DNA from: Chlorokybus atmophyticus
Lineage: Eukaryota; Plantae; Mesostigma and Chlorokybus algae
NCBI GenBank assembly: GCA_009103225.1
Contig: RHPI01000260.1
Coordinates: 444,203 to 508,202, forward strand
Direction of reading: 5' to 3'
Length of the DNA stretch: 64,000 nucleotides
Shown: in pieces, positions 15,440 to 27,480 of the stretch
Layout of the letters: each line of letters begins with the position of its first letter
Position numbering within the stretch: the first letter of the stretch is position 1
Program-made: the position numbers and the translations under genes
Notes under the pieces: model-generated
The model's input: the letters and a program-made list of their open reading frames with translations, nothing else
Told to the model about the DNA's origin: nothing
Databases searched by the model: none

Positions 15440-17450
15440 GTCAACGCCCTTGTCTCCCTTGTTCGCTCATCTGGACAAAAAATAAGCCGCCCCCTCCACA
15501 CAAAATGATGCCCAATCCACGAAAGCCAATCTGCACAATACTAGCATGACAGTAGCATGCTGCAACAGTATGCATGCCGGATGTTGTTGGGGATGTGTCG
15601 CACTTTGGCACGGAGACACTCGGGCTGGCAAGGCTGTGGTATTATAGTATTGGCGGGTACGTGCCGTTTAAACATGCACCAACACACATGCATAGCTGCA
15701 CATGCGTGCTATATGGACTCTTTGCTTGTCGAGAGAAGCAGCACAGTGACTGGTCTTTACTTGGCCACATATTCTAGGGTCCAAAGAAAGCAATGGTAAT
15801 GACCAAAGCAGCTCATGCAGCACCGTCATTATCACCTTCGACAACAGCACAACTATCACGTTGATAACAAAAAAGATGCTGATCATGATGAGGAGCATGA
15901 CGATGTTTATATTAATCATTGTTATAAGAGTCAATGCTTGTGCATGCAGCATGATTATAAAGGGTTACATTTGTGGATTTCATGTGCTGGAGTTCTCACG
16001 CTTTCCGATCAGAAGTGTTGCAAATTGATTGCTGGTACTTGTGCAGCCAGCTGCTTGTGAGTCATTTGTGTGCTTGTTCCAATCCATGGGTGCCAGTTTT
16101 CCAGGTGCTTGATAAAAGAGCACAACAACACAGCATGAGCACATACGACTTAATGGAGGCGGCACCTAGTTGAAGCGCTTTGGTGTTTGCATGTGCATGT
16201 GCGTATGCATGTTTGTGCTCGTGTGCATGCATGTTTGTGTGACTCGCGAGGGGTTGGGTTCCAACATAGGAGGTTGCTGCATCCCAACTGATGTTGATAC
16301 TAGTTGAGATGACTATCATCATACCACTGCGTTTTGCAATGTCACATGTAGCTCATACCTCTTAAACAGTTTAAACCAGTTTCTCTCATTGCATTTGTTA
16401 CCTACTTTGTGTTTTGAACAAACCAAGGCAACTCACGCACCACAATTGCATCAGAGAAGCCTTCCCGGCAACAAGATTGCCATTGACACACAGTCACTTA
16501 ATGCTCGGCGGAAACATGTGTACCCGCTCTTGTGTGTGCCTCGACTACAGCCACTTGAATGCTTAATGCTTGTAAAGCAGCTAATAGTCTCAAACCCCTT
16601 TGCTCCACTCCAAGAGCACCAGTCTCTTTGTCACTGTCGTCATCCCCACGACTGCAGTGCTTTTTACAAGCCCTTATACCACACAGACGGGCACCATGTG
16701 GGTTGAGCAGTATAATCGGACGACGACCGCTGACAAGGCAGCTGCTCCTGGTCTTGCTGTTGGTAGCGGCGAGGGTGGCCACTTGATGAAGCGGCGGCAG
16801 GGATGAGTGGCACCACCGGAATTGTGCAAGACCCAAGAACAAAGATATTACCTCTTCAGTGGCTAAAGGGCTTACAGTGAGCCCTTCAGCCACTAAACTT
16901 CCATGTTTGCAATATGAAATGCCACACTGTGAGGATTTTGCCATGCTGCTTGCGGCTCATTACCACTCTCACACGCCCCTCCCCTTGCCTACCTGCACTT
17001 CCCTGTGGAATGCTGGTGGACCCTTGGCCTGGCCCGTGGGCGCTGTGGTGGTGCAACACAGAATCACTGACATGCACTTTTAGATGTGCACTTGCGACAA
17101 TTGTGTTTTGTTTGGTGTGTTGCCCGCGTAACACATTCCCTCTTACGACTGTGCTTGTGTTGAACGGTTGTGTTGTGAGTTGCGAATCTTGCCGCTAGTG
17201 GGTAACAAGTTAGTCGTCGTGTGCAGTTTTGGCATGGTTGGTGTGTGTTGTGCCTGCTGTGTCGTGCGCGTGTGGCCATCAAGTGGCTCCTGCTACACAC
17301 ACTTGCTTACACGCGCGTACAAAATTGCAGATGTGCATGAAATCGCAGACCCAATCGCACACTCAAGTTCGCGCACACATCTGCTCTTCAATCACATGCA
17401 CGCACGAGGGAAGCAGTGTGTTGCATGCTCATTGGCTGTGCCTATTTAAA
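15440..17450 (+). repeat. Degenerate 5' module of the ARM-gene unit without the ARM exon (plus orientation)
   Basis: Shares blocks with the upstream regions of the other copies: CCATGGGTGCCAGTTTTCCAGGTGC (about 16085) versus the reverse complement of 10200-10225; GACCCAAGAACAAAGA (about 16830) versus the QNKE exon; His-rich HADHDEEHDD-like exon at 15815-15905. Confidence 0.6.
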
Positions 17451-17499
17451 CTGTAGGCTTATGTAACTAGCATGGCTGCTTGGCTTGAATAATCAGACA

Positions 17500-18650
17500 C
17501 ACTCGTTTCATACAAGCTTAAGTGCACAATCAACCAGCAACTGCTGCTGGCAACAGGGTGCAGATTTCAGCCAGGCAATCTCATACCAGTAACCCGTGCG
17601 TTGTAGTAATCAGCATGACAACTAACACGCACGCTTCGTCAATTGTCAGAGGTAATACAGTCAAGACGAAGGGTAGGCAATGGATAAGATGCAGAAAACT
17701 GCGCACCACTGCTGTAGTACACAGATGTACTAGATCTGTTCAGGCGTATGAGTTGTTTGCGTGATAAGTAAACACAGTGACTTGCTGACGATCATGGATT
17801 TAGGATCCATTGGGATGCAGCAACAGATTCCCTCCGCTATCTACACGCATACCCACACTCAGAGGCAAAAGAGACACGCACAAACACGCAAGCAAACACC
17901 AATGCGCTTCAACCAGGTGCTGTGTGCTCCCACTTTGTGGGTCGTAAGGTGCTTATGCTAGGTTGTTGTTTCCTTCAACGCACCTGGAAAGCTGGCACCA
18001 ACGATGGCTCAGCACAAGCATCTGGCTGAATGAGTATCATGATCAGCTGTCAGTCTGCAACACTTTTCATCGCACAAGGTGGGACCCTTAGCAACATGCA
18101 ATCGTGACTGTGACCTAGTGAGCGTGGCTGCAAATGCAAGCGCTAATGCTTGTAACAATCCACAACAACATATACCATCGTCATGCTCCTCAGCATGACC
18201 ACCATCATTGTTATCAGCATGGTTGTTGTTCTGTTGACGACGTTGATGATGATGAAGATAACAGCGATGATGGTTGAGCTGCCCTTCTCACCAGCGCATC
18301 ACGTTATCTCTCGATTGTTGATTGTTTGTCCAACCACAGCGCAGTCACTGTGCCGTTTCATCCACTAAGCAAAGATAGAGGACGCCTATTCTTCTAAGCA
18401 TGTGCGTTGGTGCGCATGTGCAGGCGGCACATACCCACCAACATGCAAGCAAAACGTGGAACAGCATGCTAGTATTGTTGGTACTGTTTGGAATGGCCTT
18501 GGTGGTTGTGGATTCGCTGTATGTTGTGGGTTGTTCTTAATGCAGGTGAGCCCAAAATCGAAACAAGGGCGCCGCACTGCGCGAGCATATGTGCATGCAT
18601 TGCAACATGTCTATACACGTGTTGTGGATCAACACGTGCGTAGACGAACA
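17500..18650 (-). repeat. Inverted degenerate 5' module of the ARM-gene unit
   Basis: The reverse complement of 18175-18290 matches 15800-15905. 17950-18060 matches 10150-10260 and, inverted, 16040-16150. 18400-18600 is an inverted match to 15440-15700. Confidence 0.6.
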
Positions 18651-18967
18651 CACAAGTTGAATGCACCACCACAACGTCCTGAGTGCATCTGTGAAGGAGT
18701 GGGTTTGTTTTACAACACTCGTACGCCATCCTCACGGGTGCGAAATGAACGCTTCTAGCTTTGTGGAGCTGCGTTAGTGCTCAGTGCAACGTGTGGCTTT
18801 GTGTCAGCTATGGCTGTGCAGTACATAGGACGTGTCCAGAAGTGATTACGTCGATGTTGCGGGGACTCGAAACACACCAATCATACATACTGTACTTGAA
18901 AGAGAAATCAAACAAGACACATGCTGCTTGACACGCAGTCAGCATGGTTGAGACAACGGGCTTGTGA

Positions 18968-19008
18968 GATATGGGGCTTGCCGCCACCCAGACGGCAAGC
19001 CCCATATC
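18968..19008. repeat. Perfect 16-bp inverted repeat with 9-nt loop
   Basis: GATATGGGGCTTGCCG-ccacccaga-CGGCAAGCCCCATATC. Confidence 0.95.
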
Positions 19009-20238
19009 AGTGTCACACAGATGATTGTGTCAATGCCCACCTGATTTGTGCAACCGGTTCACTCACACAACTCTTGTAATGACGTACAGTAGCGGCACCG
19101 ATCGCTGTGTACTGGCTTGCTGTAGCTGCTGTCTCACTGGCACCCTCAATGACGAATGCATTACACGGGTGCCAACTGGCGGTTGTGGTGTGCAGTGTCC
19201 AACGAAGAACACCCTCCATTGTCGCTTAGCTGCTGCCATTGTTCTTCCCGGGAGTCATGCCCATGCTGGAATCACTCGCTGGAGAGCAGCAGATGTATTA
19301 ACGAATGAGCAAACACAACGTTCAGCTTCATCGGTAGCATAGGCTGTAGCATGCCAACAAAGCGGCAAGTGGCTATCAAGCGAGTAGCCGCTGCCGCTGC
19401 GGCTGCGGTTGTTTGATTGTTGGCGGCATCGGGTTGGGCGCCTTCAGGGTGACAGCAGTGGCGGTGGCTTGGAACAGGACGAATCACAGCACTCGAATGA
19501 CCCTCCGCAGAACAAAGAGGTGAGCCGTTGCAGCCCTGGTTGTCGCGAAAGGCTTCAGATGAGCTATGCAATGTCCAGGCTTCAACGCTGTTAGCATTGT
19601 CTGCGGCTACTACTGCACAACTACACAAACCCTAACCCCCAGGCCTCTGTTCCATATGCCCCTCAGAAGCTACTGGTACCTACCTCTAGATGAGTTGCGC
19701 TACCACTAGTGATTGGCTATGCCAAGCTCATCCCCGCCTGTCGTGCTGTTTCGCTGCGTGTTGCGGGTGTGAGTGTATGCTTGACCACCGGGTGGCCACC
19801 CTCCCTGCTTTGCAGCACACAAGCAAATGCACACGTGCACATGCACACGCACACGCAAAGGCATGCCCTGCTTGGACCTGGACGGCCTGTGCTTGCCTGA
19901 GCTCACTGACACTCAGGTTTTGACCTATGTATTAGTCCTATCACCTGATTCTCACGGGCGCTTGCATGCGATCAATTGCACTTGGTTTTTAAAGTTGGTT
20001 GCCACGTTTGCAAGCGGCTGCTGATGGCAAGAGGTTTCACCTCAAGTTCAGCAATTGCAATATCAGATTGTCACAAGTTGCCAACAAGCCATGCAATCCA
20101 GCCAATGTTAACAACAGTGGATGACAACAGTCTGAATGCGTTGGTTATCTCAGCTTCTTACACGCATACCTTCTCATTAGGTAGCTTTCAGGAGACGGTA
20201 AAACAAGGCGCATTGCACACGACAGGCTATCACACGTC

Positions 20239-21886
20239 ATGTCTAAACATGCGCCGGGAAGCAAGCGCACCAAATTTGGCAGCCGTCACTCTCCCAAACA
20301 AGTTCCAGAAAGGTTCTTGTGTTGAGCATGCTCTCTGAGAGTATGCGATGTATGTAATTGTTTGTTGCTGACGTATTGCGCGTGTGTGCACAGAACAAAC
20401 ACCCTGTTGAACACCAGCAGCAACGACTCTTCAATACTTGTGGACACTGCGGAGGTGTTGCGCCTGCTGAAGATGCTGGCCGGGGACCGCAGCGACCCAA
20501 CAGACAGGAAACATGCAGCCCAACGCATACTAGAAATAGCGCAGCGCGACACCACAAACAGGCTCGTGCTCGTGGGCGCCGGCGCAATTGAGACCCTCAC
20601 CACTGCACTGGCATCAACATTAGGCAAAGATGATGACAAGAGTGGCAGTGCTGCCGATGAACTTTCCATTCATGGCAAGAAGTACGTGCTGGAGGCCCTT
20701 AGCAGGATTGCACAGGAGTCCATCGACGCCGTGCGTGAGAGAGTTGTGCAGGCAGGTTGCCTCCCCATTCTTGCGAAGATCATTCGGGAGAATGATCCTC
20801 ATCCCGCTGCAGCGCTGCTGTTGGCGTCCCTCGCAGATGCGAGTGAGGTGAACGCAAGGAAGATCTGCTGCCAGGAGGGGTTGTTGGCTCATCTGGTCGA
20901 CATGTTGTTGGTGGGTGAGGAAGCATACGAGGGACGAGCTTATTCATTGATGACTGTTGGAGCTGTTGGAAAATACCGCACCAATGCGGCGGTCGCCGTG
21001 AAGCATGGCTTCGTGGAGGCCGTTGTGGACGTCATGCACATGGTTGGGGAGAAGGTTGAGGAGAAAGAGCACGCCGCATTCGCCCTCGGCAACCTTGCCA
21101 GCAATAAGGACCTGCAGGAGGACCCTGCATGGGATCGTGCGTTGGAGCCGCTTGCGGGAATGCTCGCATCGGACAACCCGGATTTCAAGCGCAGCGCGGC
21201 CTTCGCACTCGGCAATGTTGGCAACATCACCCGCTTGCGCAAGAGCGTCCTGCGCGCACACGGCCACGTCGTCCAGCAGCTGGCGGCTTTGCTGAAGGCA
21301 TCCAGTGCGGAGGTGAAGGCCGACGCAGCTTACGCGCTGGGCTCTTTTATCAAGGACAGGGATGCAAGGGCGCGTGTACGTTGCGAGGACGTGCTGCCAC
21401 CTCTGTTGGATCTTCTTTGGGACGTTGTGGAGGACTCCACAGATGCGGTGGAGACGGCATTGCGTGCACTAAGCAGCCTCGCCGGTAGCCCCGAAAGCAA
21501 GGTGCTCATTCGCAGGGCCGGGGCCATCCCGCGGCTGATTGATCTCCTTCGTATAAACAACAAAGACAAGGCCAAGAACCGTGCCGCACGTGTGTTGCGG
21601 GCACTTGCAGACGAGTGCGAGCCCAACAAGCGGGTCATTGCTGAGGCAGGTGGTGTTCCCGCCCTCTACGTGATCGCGCGCTCAGGCCCCATGAAAGCCG
21701 CTAAGTGCGCTGACGCTATCCTCAGCACCCTTGAGTGGAAGCTCGACGTGACGGAGGAGCCTGAAGTCACTCGAAACAGTGCCAACCCTTCCGGCGCGAA
21801 GCAACCAGCGGTCGTCCACAATCCCAGCCAGACATCGCTCTCAAGCCTTGCTAACGCAGCCCACAATGCGGACAGTCACAAGTAAG

Positions 21887-21943
<57 letters not shown>

Positions 21944-23047
21944 CTCGCTCTCGCTCTCGCTCTCGCTCTCGCTCTCGCTCTCGCTCTCGCGCTCTCGCGC
22001 TCTCGCTCTCTCGCTCTCTCGCTCGCTCTCTCTCGCTCTCTCTCTCGCTCTCGCTCTCGCTCTCTCGCTCTCTCGCTCTCTCGCTCTCTCGCTCTCTCGC
22101 TCTCGCTCTCGCTCGCTCTCTCGCTCTCTCGCTCTCTCGCTCTCGCTCTCGCTCTCGCTCTCGCTCTCTCGCTCTCGCTCTCTCGCTCTCTCGCTCTCTC
22201 TCGCTCTCTCTCTCTCTCTCGCTCTCGCTCTCGCTCGCGCGCGCTCTCTCTCTCTCTCTCTCTCNNNNNNNNNNNNNNNNNNNNNNNNNNNNNNNNNNNN
22301 NNNNNNNNNNNNNNNNNNNNNNNNNNNNNNNNNNNNNNNNNNNNNNNNNNNNNNNNNNNNNNNNNNNNNNNNNNNNNNNNNNNNNNNNNNNNNNNNNNNN
22401 NNNNNNNNNNNNNNNNNNNNNNNNNNNNNNNNNNNNNNNNNNNNNNNNNNNNNNNNNNNNNNNNNNNNNNNNNNNNNNNNNNNNNNNNNNNNNNNNNNNN
22501 NNNNNNNNNNNNNNNNNNNNNNNNNNNNNNNNNNNNNNNNNNNNNNNNNNNNNNNNNNNNNNNNNNNNNNNNNNNNNNNNNNNNNNNNNNNNNNNNNNNN
22601 NNNNNNNNNNNNNNNNNNNNNNNNNNNNNNNNNNNNNNNNNNNNNNNNNNNNNNNNNNNNNNNNNNNNNNNNNNNNNNNNNNNNNNNNNNNNNNNNNNNN
22701 NNNNNNNNNNNNNNNNNNNNNNNNNNNNNNNNNNNNNNNNNNNNNNNNNNNNNNNNNNNNNNNNNNNNNNNNNNNNNNNNNNNNNNNNNNNNNNNNNNNN
22801 NNNNNNNNNNNNNNNNNNNNNNNNNNNNNNNNNNNNNNNNNNNNNNNNNNNNNNNNNNNNNNNNNNNNNNNNNNNNNNNNNNNNNNNNNNNNNNNNNNNN
22901 NNNNNNNNNNNNNNNNNNNNNNNNNNNNNNNNNNNNNNNNNNNNNNNNNNNNNNNNNNNNNNNNNNNNNNNNNNNNNNNNNNNNNNNNNNNNNNNNNNNN
23001 NNNNNNNNNNNNNNNNNNNNNNNNNNNNNNNNNNNNNNNNNNNNNNN

Positions 23048-23083
<36 letters not shown>

Positions 23084-23600
23084 GCTCTCTCTCTCTCGCG
23101 CTCTCTCTCTCTCGCGCTCTCTCGCTCTCTCGCGCTCTCTCGCTCTCTCGCGCTCTCTCGCTCTCTCGCTCTCGCTCTCTCGCTCTCGCTCGCTCGCTCG
23201 CTCGCTCGCTCTCGCGCTCGCTCTCGCTCTCGCTCTCGCGCTCTCGCTCTCGCTCTCTCGCTCTCTCGCTCTCTCGCTCTCTCGCTCTCTCTCTCGCACT
23301 CGCTCTCTTGCTCTCGCGCTCGCTCTCTCGCTCTCGCTCTCGCTCTCGCTCTCTCGCTCTCGCTCTCTCTCTCGCGCTCTCGCTCTCGCTCTCGCTCTCG
23401 CTCTCGCTCTCGCTCTCGCTGGGGTGAATGCGGGGTGCAAGGTGTTAGGGCTGTGATTACGAGCTCGTGCACGCATGCACAGGAACAAGACTCTGAGCAT
23501 TTCTGCATCAGTTGTGTCGGTGTCGGTATTCAAGTGCTTCAGCGTTGTCGTCATGTTGTTGCGCTGATACATGCCGTGCAGGAGACGGAGATCACGCTAA
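20239..23600 (+). CDS. Armadillo-repeat protein, apparently intact copy (exons 20239-20312, 20394-21881, 23582-23600; N-terminus may extend to upstream exons at 20185 and 19448-19519)
   Basis: Uninterrupted ORF of about 500 aa with ARM-type motifs (AAFALGNLAS, AAFALGNVG, AAYALGSF, ALRALSSLA, GAIPRLIDLL, AARVLRALA, GGVPALYVIA). Phase-consistent splice sites with CTGAC/CTGAT branch points are shared with the paralogs. Confidence 0.8.
21889..23420. repeat. Compound (CT)n/(CTCG)n microsatellite spanning a 783-N gap (22265-23047)
   Basis: Seen directly. It starts a few nt after the GTAAG donor at 21882. Confidence 0.97.
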
Positions 23601-24365
23601 CAAACGCTCAAGTGGAAGCAGCACAGCACAAACATTACGACCAGCTGAACACTTGAACGTGTCATGATGAGGCAAAATGGTCAGACCTTACTCTATCGCC
23701 TCTCTAGGACAATGTAGTGTATTAGTAGCAGCATCTAGTAGGCAAGAAGCCCCGACTAAGCTCTTAAATTTTTTATTTCTGGAATTGTATATGCGAGAAT
23801 AGACGGGGTAGAACTGGCGCTTCAAGCAAGCAGGTATTGCGTTTCAGTCTTGGCTGCGTTCGACCTTGTTGGTGGTGGTGGTGGTTCAACTGAGTTACAG
23901 TGAGTCTGTTGGGTGGCAAGCATCTTGGTTTGACCGTCAACTTAAGCATGGTGCGGCATGAGTTGCCTGACATTGGTTGCATTGCATGACATGCATGCCA
24001 ATGCTTACCACTTAGAACATCGACTTGCTGGTTGTGCGTTGAACAGTCACATAGCATCTCACAACTGCTTGACTTATTTGGATGCACACGCTGCTGGGAG
24101 GATGCAAATCTTCTCATGCGCAACACCCATGCCAAAGCATCAAACGACCCCAGCAGGCAAGGCATAATATGAAAATCAACTGGGATGTATCTGAACGCTA
24201 ATTTGTCAGTGAGACCGACAACTGATGGTAGCAAACGTCCAAGGTGTGCACTATTGAGCCGTTAAACTATATGTGAAGCGTGCAGGAGTGTATCTTCATC
24301 TGAGGAGAGGTGAGAAGTAGCCTTGAAGCAATGGAGGGAAGTGTGGGTCTGGACTATGTGTGACT

Positions 24366-25202
24366 CTACCAGCCGGCGCCAGCCTTCTCATACACGTACT
24401 TGGCGACCGCGTCGATCTCGTCCTCGTCCAGGCGGTCCTCCCAGGCCGGCATCGCGTTCTTGCCGTTGATGACCTGCCGGTGGTCGCAGAGGCACAGCAG
24501 CAGTTGTTTCTAATAGGGGGAGCACAAGGGAAGAGTAAACCATGTTTCAACACGCGCACACTGTGGGCAGCCCTGGCACTGCTCCTCTTGCACTTACTAA
24601 CACCAACCCACCAACACGCACACGCACGTGCACACACAGTGTGTGAATGTAGCTTTACCTGGTACTTGATGGCGTCGACGTTGTAGCCGCCCTCCAGGTA
24701 CTGCTCCAGGGATGCCTTGAAGAGGGTCTTCTCAGGCTGGACCACATTTTGGCCTCCCTGTTTTGACATAACACCAACAGAGCTTCAAACACCAGTTGCT
24801 ACAAACTTGTTCTTACAAAATGGAAAAGACATAGAAGACAAACCAACATCACACTGGTAAAGGCATGGTCTGTCGGACAGACCCAACTTACAGAGTGGCA
24901 AGCGGCGCAGTTGTTGGTGAAGACTGACTCGCCCACACCCATCGCCGGGGCGGGGCTGGCGGCGGCCAGGGCCATCGCCGCCGCCAGCGCCACTGCAGCC
25001 TATGCAAACAACAACCATATCAGCAACATCTTTCATGGCATGGACAACACGCTGTGCAACATGCACAAACCCACGCACACACCTGGGCTGCAGGCTTGGG
25101 GTGGGCCAAGGCGGCGGTTGTGGCCTGGCGCTTGTTGCTGGAGGTGCGCTTTGCCTGGCAGCCGGCGGCGGGGAGGGAGCAGACGGCCAGGGAGGACGCC
25201 AT
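24366..25202 (-). CDS. CYC6: Cytochrome c6 precursor, chloroplast thylakoid lumen (exons 25202-25083, 24999-24892, 24757-24659, 24473-24366; about 144 aa)
   Basis: Transit peptide plus Ala-rich lumen signal; haem motif CAACH; GGQNVVQPEKTL..LEQYLEGG..AIKYQVINGKNAMPAWEDRL with axial Met. All introns are phase-0 GT-AG. Confidence 0.95.
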
Positions 25203-25318
25203 TGCAGGGAGATGGCGTGTGGGAGGCGTGTGGTGGCGGCGAGCAAGGCACAGTTTGGGTAGCTACAATGCGTATATGTTGTGTAACAACCCCTCTCTGT
25301 CTCCCTCTGCTGCCCTCC

Positions 25319-25532
25319 GTACGCGCCTGAGGGCCTCCGTGCGGTACGTCCGTAACGGCCAGAGCGGTCGTACACATAATTGCGCCTTTTGTACGATTGT
25401 CTGTACAACCAACCTTAACACTAGTACGGCGTTATAGACGTTGTACAAACATTGTACGATTAATTGTCAATGAGTAAGTGACCGAGTACGACTGGTGCAG
25501 TCGAGACAAGAGCATGAACATAACTGCCGTAC
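25319..25532. promoter_or_regulatory. Cluster of 10 GTAC cores (putative copper-response elements) upstream of CYC6
   Basis: GTAC at 25319, 25344, 25370, 25391, 25403, 25424, 25443, 25454, 25486 and 25529. Eight are in CGTAC context on one strand. Confidence 0.75.
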
Positions 25533-25728
25533 AGCTGATCATGTAATCAGATTCTCATGAAAGAAGTTCCTAGAGCAATTCATGGGGCAAGGAAAAACCA
25601 CACGGCACGCAATTAATACATGACTATTTATACAAGGCAAGCTGTGATGTGAATTAAGCTTCATTAACACAACCGCTTGTACATTGGCATCGCAGTAATG
25701 TCATGTGTGGATTAGATAAATGATGCGT

Positions 25729-25764
25729 TAAACTACACAATTGTGGCCACAATTGTGTAGTTTA
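25729..25764. repeat. Perfect 36-bp palindrome
   Basis: TAAACTACACAATTGTGG|CCACAATTGTGTAGTTTA. Confidence 0.95.
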
Positions 25765-27210
25765 TTTTTAACAATTACGTAACTCAAGATTTAATACTTT
25801 TATTAATATCGTGTAGATTCTATTGAAGCTACGACTTTTATGCATAGAGTGTATTTCATGCCCAACAGTCGTGTGATTTTATTGAAATATATATGGATTG
25901 TAAGACATTACACGTTTCTAGAAGCGTCGAACTCTGTCCAACGAGTGCTGATTGTTATATATATAAACCCACATGATTTTCGATTCGTGCTGCTGGATTC
26001 ACATAGGAAAAAAAGGCAATAATTCTGAAGAAACCCTTAAATAGCATAACTAAAAATTATCTAATATCACGATTCCAGATCACGGCGGTTTTGAAGACAT
26101 ACAATGTTTGGTATGCGGATTTCAACTTTTTCAAGCTGAGGTAAGTACATCACCCGACCAAAACTCAAGTTCGGATCAATAAACTTGTTTAAACATATAT
26201 TTATCATTGCATGCAGCATACAGCCTCAGCGACGTGTTTTTGGAGAAAGCGTATAAAAAATTGTGTGTAATTATGCTGACGGTTTGAGTGTACATTCAGA
26301 GTTCTTGGTTTAGCAGCTTTCGGAGTTTTATCGCTCTTACAGGTGGTGCGGTTATCCAGCAATAATTAATGGGTTACCCCACCAATTAATATATCAATAT
26401 ATCAAGTAGCAACGTAATAATTGTGTCTCTTGTTAACAATTAGGGCTCTTTAACTTTTAAAATGGAGCTCCACGCTCTTTCTCTATACGTATGCACAATA
26501 CTCTTTAAAAAATTCTGCTATACGCATATAATGCATGCAAGCAGTGTATTCATCTGTTGAACATTGTCTCAGTTGTAAGATAACGCACTTTAGTGCATCT
26601 TTCTTTATTCCACATAAGCGAAAAGAATGAACTATTATAAATCAATGAGGAATGGTGACGATTTGCTCTTACCTTTGCCTTCAGTAATAACATGACTTTT
26701 ATGCTGGAGATACAAGTCAACTCAATGCTGCTTATAGTTTATATCGCTACCTGCAGCTATTGTTCTTGCGTGCAAGTAGTCATGGCTTGGAGGTGCCCAT
26801 GTATTGTAACGTTGATAAATGTTGCGTCCATACTTGTGCGATGTGTACTTTACATGTGATGTTGTATCTAAACAACCATTTAACTTGAACACCGTATGCT
26901 GGCATTTGTTAATTTAAGAGCATGTTTGTGTACACGAACCAATTATAGTAATCGCACATAATGTGCAACAATATGTACATACCTGTAAGATGTTTGTCCG
27001 CATGCTTGCATAATTGCCTTTGTTTGTAAAACCTGTTTTTATGGCTCTATTTATACCGCAACCCGCATCGTGCATTACACTTTATTATGCTATTCATTGG
27101 CGTTGGCAGTATGCTTGCGGCAGAATTAATTGAAACCATCGATACAACTTTTAATTCAATAAGTTTATTGTACAAATAAAATGTACAATACATCGTAATT
27201 ATCCGTTCAA

Positions 27211-27480
27211 AGTGCCCCCCCTATTGTAATTACCCCCCTAGATTGTAGAGGGGGCACACTGTTAAGCTCTATTGTGCCCACTTCTCATATATATTGCCCC
27301 TCTGCAATGGTGTTACGCATAAGATACAGTAAGTTACGAACTTGTTACGTATTTTTGACCATCAGGTTACGTTAAATACAGTCAAATACGGTCAGCGTAA
27401 TTTCAATCTAATACAATGCCCCTTTTCGAATGAAGTGCCCCCCAGAATACAATTACCCCCATAAATTTTGGGGGGGCACT
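27211..27480. repeat. Two related AGTGCCCCCC...AATTACCCC...GGGGGCAC stem-loop motifs flanking GTTACG repeats
   Basis: Motifs at 27211-27257 and 27434-27480, with four GTTACG copies between about 27310 and 27372. Confidence 0.75.

Noticed and set aside
21883-21885. TAA as the true stop of the ARM gene (507-aa ORF call starting at TTG 20362)
   Set aside because: It overlaps a conserved GTAAG donor, and the TTG start lies in an intron (20313-20393). Kept only as a possible retained-intron isoform.
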